From an uncultured archaeon (GTDB taxonomy: Archaea; Asgardarchaeota; Lokiarchaeia; Sigyniarchaeales; SOKP01): a stretch of 21,013 bases of DNA. The position numbers and the translations under genes were made by a program. The stretch spans positions 1 through 21,013 of the forward strand of contig CAZDTP010000060.1 of NCBI GenBank assembly GCA_964508365.1. The letters run 5' to 3'. Shown here one piece after another: positions 6,919 to 14,798 of this stretch; the first letter of the stretch is position 1; the number at the start of each line of letters is the position of its first letter. Under the pieces are notes generated by a model that saw only the letters and a list, made by a program, of their open reading frames with translations, was not told the origin of the DNA and searched no databases.

Positions 6919-8382
6919 TTGACGAGTTTTATGGAGATAGATGATGAACTAAGCCTATTTGATAATGCTTTCATTGCAGATCTATTACGAGAGGCGGGGA
7001 ATAAAGTTGAATATTGGGATATTAGAGCAACGCTCAGTGAAGGGACGACTTTAGATTTCACAGATCAAAGGAGCACGGAGATATCTTCTTATGAGATGGC
7101 AAATTGTGGAATAAGAGCTTTTATAAACGGAGGATGGGGTTTTAGCGTTCTCAAGGATCTCAACAAGGATAGTATTAAATCTAGCTTTTTAAAATCAATA
7201 AAGCTAGCGAGATTAACAAAATCATTATTAAAAAATGAGTTTAAAATAATCGAAAGGGATCCCCTCGAAAAAAGCTTTAAAATTGATAGTAAACTACCCT
7301 TATCGGATGTAAATATAGAAGAAAAAATAAAATTAGTAAAAAATCATGAAAAAATAGCAGCAAATTCTTCTAAGTTAATAACAAATACACGAACAATTTA
7401 TATGGATGGCATTAGCAATTGCATTTTTATTAATTCCTTCGGAAGCAAAATTAAACAAACACTTTCATATTTGCGATTACTAAACATGGTATATTCCCGA
7501 AAAGCAGGAATAATCCAGAGATCTCTTAATTCCGTAGGAGGTTTAGGTGGATTTGAGATATTATCAACAGAAAAGGCAGAAAAATTAAGCGAAAAAACGG
7601 CTCAAGAATCGATTAAATTACTAGATGCGAAATCTCCGATAGGTGGACAATTTACTATTATTGCTGATCCTAAACTAGCCGGAACCTTAATTCACGAAGC
7701 CCTTGGACATGCATGTGAGGCAGATTTGGTTTTAAGTAAAGAGAGTATTTTGAAAGAAAAAATAGGTAAAGAGATCGCTTTAACAGATATCAATGTAATT
7801 GATGATCCCTCAACGGGACAAGGTAAAAAACTTGGACTTCCTTATGAGTTATTTGGGAGCTATTTTATAGATGACGAAGGAATTCCATCCCAAAAAACAA
7901 CAATTATTAAAAATGGAATATTAAAAAACTACTTACATAACTTAGAAACATCATCAAGAATGAATTTACCCCCAAACGGTCACGGGAGAGCTTCATCGAG
8001 TTCCGCTAGACCTCAAGTCCGAATGGGATTCACTTACATTGAACCAAAAGATTGGAACATCGAAGAATTAATACAAGATACAAAAAATGGGATTCTTTGT
8101 AAAGATTTTTTATACGGTTATACTAATCCAACTACTGGAAACTTTCAATTTAAATGTAAGTTCTCGTATAAAATCGAAAATGGAGAAAAAAAAGAATTAA
8201 TGAGAGATGTTGCCTTATCGGGAATGATTCTAGAGGTTTTAAAAAGAATTTCTGCGGTAGGTGATAAAAATACATTCGGGTTTTCATCAGGAATTTGTGG
8301 TAAGGGAGGCCAGAACGTTCAGGTAAGTGATGGTGGACCATATATCAGAGTTGATGACATCACAGTGGGAGGATTGAATTAA
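6919..8382 (+). CDS. tldD: TldD metalloprotease subunit
   Basis: GIRAFINGGWGF, HExxxH in IHEALGHACEAD, DDEGIP, NGHGRA, QVRMGFTYI, CGKGGQ...GGPYIRV. Start is TTG 6919 or ATG 6931. Confidence 0.93.
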   Translation: MTSFMEIDDELSLFDNAFIADLLREAGNKVEYWDIRATLSEGTTLDFTDQRSTEISSYEMANCGIRAFINGGWGFSVLKDLNKDSIKSSFLKSIKLARLTKSLLKNEFKIIERDPLEKSFKIDSKLPLSDVNIEEKIKLVKNHEKIAANSSKLITNTRTIYMDGISNCIFINSFGSKIKQTLSYLRLLNMVYSRKAGIIQRSLNSVGGLGGFEILSTEKAEKLSEKTAQESIKLLDAKSPIGGQFTIIADPKLAGTLIHEALGHACEADLVLSKESILKEKIGKEIALTDINVIDDPSTGQGKKLGLPYELFGSYFIDDEGIPSQKTTIIKNGILKNYLHNLETSSRMNLPPNGHGRASSSSARPQVRMGFTYIEPKDWNIEELIQDTKNGILCKDFLYGYTNPTTGNFQFKCKFSYKIENGEKKELMRDVALSGMILEVLKRISAVGDKNTFGFSSGICGKGGQNVQVSDGGPYIRVDDITVGGLN

Positions 8383-9768
8383 ATGTATGAGGATATAGAC
8401 ATATCTGAGCTTGCTAAATTTGCTATTAGAATTGCAGAAAAAAATTATCCAAATTATAAATGTGCTGAAATTTTTGTAGGAAAAAGCGAATATCTCAATA
8501 TCGAAGTAGAGGAAAATTCGGTAAAATATAGCGAAATCGGGAGAAATCATGGAATTTCAATCAGGATTTATCGAAGGAATGGGTCCATTGGATTCGCATT
8601 TACAAACAAATTGAATAAAAATGTTGTAGAAAAAATTGTTAAAAATGCCATCAAAATGATGCGTGTTGGAACTCCTGATCCAAACTTTAAAAATTTGCCT
8701 GAAAAATTAAAACCCTACTCAGTGGTTGAAGATTTATACGATAAAAGCATAAAGAGCTTATTAATAGAAGATGCAATAGATCATGTTAAAGACTTGATTA
8801 ATATTTGTACTGAGGATGACCAAGCAATATCGCAATCTGGGGATTTTACAGCTAATAGCAATCTTTCTTACATTCTCAACTCGAACGGGATTGAGGTAAG
8901 TGGAGAGGAGACTTTATTCGATATCTCGTCAAATATGATAGTGAAAGATACGATTAATGGAGAAGTTTCAAATGGCTACGAATCTCAAATGAAAAGAAAG
9001 CTAGCTGATATTGATGGGACAAAAACTGCAGAGGAAGCACTAAAAAATGCTAAGAGAAATCTACATAGAAAAAAGATTAAAACAAAAAAAATGCCGGTAA
9101 TATTATCTCCTAAGGGGACAATAAAATTAATATTAAATCCAATTGCATCTGCAATTAATGCAGAAATGTACCAATATAAGCGAAGTTTTTTAGTAGGCAA
9201 AAGAGAAAAAAAAATCGGTTCAGATTTGATAAATATAGATGATAACGCTATAATTAATGGTAGAGTTGGCTCTAATATTTTTGATGGTGAAGGTTTTCCT
9301 TGTAGAAATAAAAAAATTATAGAACGTGGACATTTTCTGCAATCAGGCTTGTTGCACAACAGTTATACCGCCGGAAAGGAGGAAGTTGAAAGTACTGGAA
9401 ATGCATCAAGAAGCTCATTTAGCTCCGTTCCTTCTATAGGAATATCCAATTTAATTCTACATCCTGGAACAGCTCAAAAAGATGAATTAATAGAAAATGT
9501 TAAAGAAGGTATTTTGTTAAACTCAACCGCAGATTCTCCAAATATTGCAACTGGTGATTTTTCAGGTTTGATTTCACAAGGTAATTTGATACAAAACGGA
9601 GAAATAAAACACGCCTTAAATGAAACTATGTTCGGTATAAACCTATTAGATTTATTTGAAAATATTACTTCTATATCAAAGGAATATAAGATTTACGGTC
9701 CTTACTCCGCACCCTATGTAAAAATTGATAATGTTCAAATAATAGGAGCACAGAGTTTAAAAAATTGA
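8383..9768 (+). CDS. pmbA: PmbA/TldE non-catalytic partner
   Basis: Abuts tldD (TAA-ATG); FDGEG, LHNSYTA, STGNASR, TGDFSG motifs; no HExxxH. Confidence 0.9.
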   Translation: MYEDIDISELAKFAIRIAEKNYPNYKCAEIFVGKSEYLNIEVEENSVKYSEIGRNHGISIRIYRRNGSIGFAFTNKLNKNVVEKIVKNAIKMMRVGTPDPNFKNLPEKLKPYSVVEDLYDKSIKSLLIEDAIDHVKDLINICTEDDQAISQSGDFTANSNLSYILNSNGIEVSGEETLFDISSNMIVKDTINGEVSNGYESQMKRKLADIDGTKTAEEALKNAKRNLHRKKIKTKKMPVILSPKGTIKLILNPIASAINAEMYQYKRSFLVGKREKKIGSDLINIDDNAIINGRVGSNIFDGEGFPCRNKKIIERGHFLQSGLLHNSYTAGKEEVESTGNASRSSFSSVPSIGISNLILHPGTAQKDELIENVKEGILLNSTADSPNIATGDFSGLISQGNLIQNGEIKHALNETMFGINLLDLFENITSISKEYKIYGPYSAPYVKIDNVQIIGAQSLKN

Positions 9769-9916
9769 ATAATTCTAAGTAGCAATATTTATAGAATTAT
9801 CGTTTTAGAAGAAGATCCAAATGACAATAAATAATAATCCCAGAAACAATGATTTAAATAATTTATTTTAAAATGTAATAATTACTCTAATACCAATAAT
9901 TTAAGGATTAAAAAGA

Positions 9917-10837
9917 ATGGATAAAATTTTAATCATTGACCAAGATTATTCAATAATATTCTCTAGAGGATTAATTGCCAATAGTTTACTAAAAACAGGA
10001 ATATCATTTCTCGAAGCACATAAGATTGCCGAGGAGATAAAAAATGACTTGCTGAAAATGAATATACAAGAGATATCAAAGCAGGAAATGGATAAAAAAA
10101 TTTACAAGATTTTAGCAGATAAAAAAGATGCACAATACGCCGAAAATTTTCTTATGTTTAAGAAGATTACTAAATTGGAGCAACCCATTATTATCTTAAT
10201 TAGTGGAACAACGGGAATTGGAAAATCAACAGTTGCTCTAACGCTAGCCCATCGATTAGACTTTCGTAGTATGATTGGGACTGACTCAATCCGGGAGATA
10301 ATGAGAAAAATATTAAGTAATGATTTAATACCTGAATTACACCAGAGTTCTTACGAAGCGGGTAAATTTTCGAAGCACTATAGGTCATCAAGGTTTAACT
10401 CCACAATTTTAGGGTATAGTGAACAAGTCAAGATTGTGATAGTAGGCGTTGAAGCTCTGATCAAAAGAGCCCTTTATGAAGGAATTAACATGATCATCGA
10501 AGGTGTTCACTTGTCACCTGAATTCCTTTCCAATGACATTTTAGAACATCCAAATATAGTATTTGTGATGTTAAATTTATCCAACGAAATACAGCACAAG
10601 AAAAGATTTTCTCTTCGAGCATATAATGTTTCTATGAGGAGCCCTGTTAACCAGTATTATGATAATTTCGAACAAATCAGAATAATTCAAGATTACTTAA
10701 AAGAGCAAGCAAAAATTGTGGGGGTTCCTATTGTTGAAAATATTAATCGTGATGATACAGTGAAAAAACTAACCGAAATTGTAACTACACGAATCAAAAA
10801 AATAGTGGAAGCTAAAAATAAGAATGTAAACCTCTAA
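9917..10837 (+). CDS. 2-phosphoglycerate kinase-like P-loop kinase with N-terminal ATP cone
   Basis: FSRGLIANSL ATP-cone start, Walker A SGTTGIGKST, IGTDSIREIMR, LHQSSY, IIEGVHL. Confidence 0.85.
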   Translation: MDKILIIDQDYSIIFSRGLIANSLLKTGISFLEAHKIAEEIKNDLLKMNIQEISKQEMDKKIYKILADKKDAQYAENFLMFKKITKLEQPIIILISGTTGIGKSTVALTLAHRLDFRSMIGTDSIREIMRKILSNDLIPELHQSSYEAGKFSKHYRSSRFNSTILGYSEQVKIVIVGVEALIKRALYEGINMIIEGVHLSPEFLSNDILEHPNIVFVMLNLSNEIQHKKRFSLRAYNVSMRSPVNQYYDNFEQIRIIQDYLKEQAKIVGVPIVENINRDDTVKKLTEIVTTRIKKIVEAKNKNVNL

Positions 10838-10872
10838 TTACTTAAATTTTGGTTATAGGTAGACCTTGCGCT

Positions 10873-10980
10873 ATGAATATTTTGTTTCTTGTCATATTAT
10901 TGCTAATTGTTATAATAGTAGCTATAATTTTAATTGCTAAAATAAAAAGCGAAGAATTAAGAAATCCCTCCAAATCATAG
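10873..10980 (+). CDS. Small single-pass membrane protein, 35 aa (not in the ORF track)
   Basis: MNILFLVILLLIVIIVAIILIAKIKSEELRNPSKS*: about 20 uninterrupted hydrophobic residues then a charged tail; fills the gap before a convergent stop at 10991. Confidence 0.55.
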   Translation: MNILFLVILLLIVIIVAIILIAKIKSEELRNPSKS

Positions 10981-10990
10981 GAGTAAATAA

Positions 10991-11515
10991 CTAAGAAGTA
11001 ATATTTAATCGCATATCTACCACATCATAAAATCTTCTAACACCTACAGAAAGGATTTCCCATAATTCCGCAATTATAATTTGATTTGTTCCCGCCTGTG
11101 AAAAAGAAACATTGAATGCACTAGAAATCCATTCTGCTCTATGTGGTAAATTAATTGTCGACGAATTTACATAAGAAGTTGCGTTTAATGAGGGGTATGG
11201 GCCTAGAACAGTATCATTATTTCCCTTCAGAATTTCTATTTGGAATGAAAAATCCCGATTTAAAAAATTTCCAACAGAAATATAAAAAGTAATATTGTCA
11301 TCAACTGCAGATATAGTTTGGTAATTTTCTGCTTTTTTGTCAGAATTTAAAATACCATAATAAAAATAACCCGGTTTAGGAGTTAAAAAAGCGTAAATTA
11401 TGAATCCAGATATAACAATGATACCAATTATGAGGATCACTTTGAGAATTTTATCAAATTCCTTATAATTTCTGTCAATTGTATTTGAATATTGACTCTC
11501 ATTCTCTCTGGACAT
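10991..11515 (-). CDS. DUF1616-like membrane-anchored protein
   Basis: N-terminal TM helix, then YYGILNSDKKAENY and FYISVGNF beta-rich domain; ATG at 11515 overlaps the end of the upstream gene. Confidence 0.7.
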   Translation of the reverse strand: MSRENESQYSNTIDRNYKEFDKILKVILIIGIIVISGFIIYAFLTPKPGYFYYGILNSDKKAENYQTISAVDDNITFYISVGNFLNRDFSFQIEILKGNNDTVLGPYPSLNATSYVNSSTINLPHRAEWISSAFNVSFSQAGTNQIIIAELWEILSVGVRRFYDVVDMRLNITS

Positions 11516-12569
11516 TTTCTTCAAACCATGCTATAGTTTTCGATAATCCCTCTTTCAGAGGAGTCGTTGGTTGCCAATTTAAGATTTTATTTGCTTTTGT
11601 TAAATCAGCACATCTTCTTGTAGGATCATCAATAGGTAAGGGCTTAAATACAATATCTGAATTGGAATTTGCTAACTCTTTAATAATTTCTGCCAATTCT
11701 AAGATGGAATATTCCTTATTATTACCTAAATTAATAACCTCTCCAATCGCTTCGTCTTTATGAACAATTCTTAAAAGTCCTTCAATTTCATCTACTACAT
11801 AAATAAATGATCTTGTTTGTGAACCGTCACCAAAAATAGTTATATCTCCGTTATTCAACGCTTGATGGATAAAGTTAGGTATAACTCGTCCAAATTCAGG
11901 ACCGAATCGGATCCTGGGACCAGATGTATTAAAAATTCGAACTATTTTTGTTTTAATTCCATGTTGGAGTTCGTAGGCTTTAACGAAAGCTTCTCCAGCT
12001 CTTTTAGATTCATCGTAACAACTTCTTGGACCTACAGGGTTAACATGTCCAAAATATTCTTCAGATGTTGGGATAACATCATCGGGAGGATTCCCATAAA
12101 CCTCAGAGGTGCTCGTATAAAAAAATATAGCATTGTGAGCTTTTGCAATTCCCAAAGCATTCATCGTCCCTAAAGTATTACTTTTTAAGATAGGTATTGG
12201 AAATTTACTAAACTCAAACGGAGATGCTCTACTTGCCATATGCATCACGATGTCTATTCTTTTAATATCGCCGATACATATCCCATTTGGATGATGTGTG
12301 AATCCAAAAAATACTGGATTAGATATATCGTGATTTATAAAGCGAAAGTTATCTTTCTCCATTAAATGTGAGATATTTTCAAATCTTCCTGAAGAAAGAT
12401 TATCTAAACAAATACAATACGCTCCCTGTTTTACTAGTACATCACAAACCCATGAACCTAAGAAGCCCGCTCCTCCTGTAACTAAAATTGTTTTACCATG
12501 AAAAGAAATTCCATCATCTTTTAAACGCTTTAAGATTTCGTTGAGATCATCGTTTAAATCGTATTTCAA
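11499..12569 (-). CDS. UDP-glucuronate decarboxylase-like NAD-dependent epimerase/dehydratase (extended SDR)
   Basis: TGGAGFLGS, HMASRASP, STSEVYG, PRSCYDESKR (YxxxK), RIFNTSGPR, GDGSQTRSFIYV, DDPTRRC. TTG start. Confidence 0.9.
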   Translation of the reverse strand: MKYDLNDDLNEILKRLKDDGISFHGKTILVTGGAGFLGSWVCDVLVKQGAYCICLDNLSSGRFENISHLMEKDNFRFINHDISNPVFFGFTHHPNGICIGDIKRIDIVMHMASRASPFEFSKFPIPILKSNTLGTMNALGIAKAHNAIFFYTSTSEVYGNPPDDVIPTSEEYFGHVNPVGPRSCYDESKRAGEAFVKAYELQHGIKTKIVRIFNTSGPRIRFGPEFGRVIPNFIHQALNNGDITIFGDGSQTRSFIYVVDEIEGLLRIVHKDEAIGEVINLGNNKEYSILELAEIIKELANSNSDIVFKPLPIDDPTRRCADLTKANKILNWQPTTPLKEGLSKTIAWFEENVQRE

Positions 12570-12674
12570 GTTAAAATACCTATTTTATAGAATAATATTT
12601 TTGATAAGAGTTTTATTTTTTAAAAAGATATAGATTCTTTAATCTTCATGTTCGAGAATAAGCAATTAACAGAA

Positions 12675-13265
12675 TTAACGTGTTTTCTGACCACAAAATT
12701 GACAATACTTAAGCTCTAGAGGGTAAAATTTTTCACAACTCGTACATTTTTTTAAGGAATTCTTAATTATCTCCCTTCCAAGCGTCTCAAATACGGATTC
12801 AACATTTTCTCCTGTTTTTGATGACACACCATGGATATCTCCCTGAAATTTGTATTTATTGAATAATTCTTTAGCATCTTCTTTATTTACTTCTCTTTGG
12901 TTTTCCAAGTCAATTTTTGCTTCAATCAATAGCTTAGTTTTAGGATAATTTGGAACAGAACTAATAGTTTTTACCCAATCATGGAGGTCTTCTAGAGAAT
13001 CTTTATTTGTTATATCATAAAGAAATAAAGCCCCAGAAGCTCCCGATACATATGAGGGAAATAGAACTCGAAACTTTTTCTCTCCCGCGAAATCCCAAAT
13101 ATTTAAAAGAATCTCAGTATCATCAACAACTACCTTCTTTGTTTCAAAATCTACTCCAATCGTTGATAAAGTTGATTTATCAAATTTCCCCGTTGCATAC
13201 CGCCTAATGAGAGATGTTTTTCCGACATTTTTAGCCCCTGCTACGATTACTTTAAATTTGATTAT
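12675..13265 (-). CDS. Rab-like small GTPase with C-terminal Zn ribbon, about 196 aa (the ORF track shows only the last 84 aa)
   Basis: In-frame extension gives G1 GAKNVGKT, G2 STIGVDF, G3 IWDFAGE, G4 AKID, G5 SSK, tail CTSC...CQFCG. No ATG/GTG/TTG lies between the in-frame TGA (13272-13274) and G1; ATA at 13265 proposed as start. Confidence 0.9.
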   Translation of the reverse strand: MIKFKVIVAGAKNVGKTSLIRRYATGKFDKSTLSTIGVDFETKKVVVDDTEILLNIWDFAGEKKFRVLFPSYVSGASGALFLYDITNKDSLEDLHDWVKTISSVPNYPKTKLLIEAKIDLENQREVNKEDAKELFNKYKFQGDIHGVSSKTGENVESVFETLGREIIKNSLKKCTSCEKFYPLELKYCQFCGQKTR

Positions 13266-13471
13266 AGTAAATCACATCAAGTTTTTTAATGACATTCTAA
13301 TTATATTACTCCTAAAATAAAATATTAATCTTTAATCATAAAAATTTTGTTATTAATATTAATTAATTGTTTTTAGGTTAATTTTATCAATTTTTACAGA
13401 AGGAGAATTCTTTTAGTTATAAATATTAAATATTATAAATATTTTAATGGATAAAATAATTCTGTAAAATC

Positions 13472-14779
13472 ATGAAAAATGTTTCAAATAAGAAATTTTT
13501 TGGGACTTTAACACAGAAAGAGCTACTGAAGTTATACGCAAAGCATGTGAATGCACCAAAAGTTCGCTTTTTTAAAGGAGCAGGTATTGGAGTTATACCG
13601 GGTAAGAGAGGGGGTGTTAAGATTAATACGCTGGAGGGCCTAAAACCCACCGATCCACCAATGGAACTTTATAATTGTCACACATGTGGAGGTGTTTATA
13701 ATTTAGGTCATGGTAACCCTAGGATTGTGCAAACGCTTAAGGACGCGTTAGATAGTGGATTAGACATAGGTGATCACTTACAATTATCCGAATGGAGAGC
13801 TCTATTAGGAGAAAAGTTAGCAGAGCTTATGCCGCCAGGAATTACTAAGACTACATTTGGAGTTAGTGGTGGTGAAGCTGTTGATACTGCTATTAAATTT
13901 TCAAGGGCGTATACGAAACGGAAAAAATGCATCTCAACAATTGGAGCTTATCATGGCCATACCGGTTTTGCGTTAGCAACAGGAGATACTGACTTTAAAG
14001 AAAATTTCCTTTGGAACCTCTCGGATTTTAAGCAAGTTCCTTTTGGCAATATTGATGCCATGGAAAAAGATATTTCGGACGATGTTGCGTGCGTCATTCT
14101 GGAAACAATTCCCGCAACAGGAGGTGTACTAATTGCTCAAGAGGGCTACTTTTCAGAGGTTCGAGAAATATGCGATGATCATGGAGTTATGATGATAATT
14201 GACGAAGTTCAAACAGGACTTGGGCGTACGGGGCATTTTTGGGCTATATACGGAGGACTTTATAAACAAGAAAAAGTTGTCCCTGATTTTATGGTTTTAG
14301 GTAAAGGTATGAGCGCGGGAGTTTATCCGATTTCGACTTGCAGTTATAAACCATTTATCGAAAAGGCAGTTTTTAAAGATGATCCATTCATTCATATTTC
14401 TACAACAGGGGGTTCCGAATTAGGTTGCGTCGTTGCTTGTGAGATGTTAGATATTCAATCTGACCCTGAGTTTTTACACCATGTAAAAGAAATGGGAAAT
14501 TTATTTGGTAAAGGTTTAGAAGAAATTGCAGATGATAATTCTGAACTAATTAAAGAAGTTAGAGGAAGAGGCCTAATGTGGGGTATGGAGTTTAATAAAG
14601 AAACATATGGTCAATTAGCTATGCTTTCTATAATAAAAGAAGGCGTTCTACAAAATTATTGTGGAAACAAAAAGGATACGCTAATAATGATGCCACCATT
14701 AATCGTAAAAGAGGAAGAAATCGAAGAGATCATAAGAAGGATAGGAGAAGGTGTCAAAAAGATTAAACATTTAGCCTAA
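13472..14779 (+). CDS. Class-III PLP aminotransferase (putrescine/acetylornithine aminotransferase family)
   Basis: SGGEAVDTAIK, AYHGHT, IIDEVQTGLGRTG, PDFMVLGKG (PLP lysine), EVRGRGLM. Confidence 0.92.
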   Translation: MKNVSNKKFFGTLTQKELLKLYAKHVNAPKVRFFKGAGIGVIPGKRGGVKINTLEGLKPTDPPMELYNCHTCGGVYNLGHGNPRIVQTLKDALDSGLDIGDHLQLSEWRALLGEKLAELMPPGITKTTFGVSGGEAVDTAIKFSRAYTKRKKCISTIGAYHGHTGFALATGDTDFKENFLWNLSDFKQVPFGNIDAMEKDISDDVACVILETIPATGGVLIAQEGYFSEVREICDDHGVMMIIDEVQTGLGRTGHFWAIYGGLYKQEKVVPDFMVLGKGMSAGVYPISTCSYKPFIEKAVFKDDPFIHISTTGGSELGCVVACEMLDIQSDPEFLHHVKEMGNLFGKGLEEIADDNSELIKEVRGRGLMWGMEFNKETYGQLAMLSIIKEGVLQNYCGNKKDTLIMMPPLIVKEEEIEEIIRRIGEGVKKIKHLA

Positions 14780-14798
14780 ACATTAACTATACCATAAT

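Noticed and set aside
8150-10391. Minus-strand ORFs 8150-8341, 8287-8550, 8985-9359, 10200-10391
   Set aside because: Antisense to tldD, pmbA and the kinase gene; no protein motifs.
9917-10837. 2-phosphoglycerate kinase as evidence of cyclic 2,3-diphosphoglycerate synthesis
   Set aside because: No synthetase gene in the window, and this kinase family has other substrates.
12675-12929. 84-aa ORF as a standalone Zn-ribbon protein
   Set aside because: It is the C-terminal part of the GTPase; the frame is continuous up to 13271.
13280-13470. AT-only palindromes in the divergent promoter region (also 17210-17270 and 19750-19780)
   Set aside because: Expected by chance at this AT content; no shared specific motif.
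11479-13650. ORFs 11479-11763, 11862-12173 (+), 13007-13207 (+), 13444-13650 (-)
   Set aside because: Antisense overlaps of well-supported genes.
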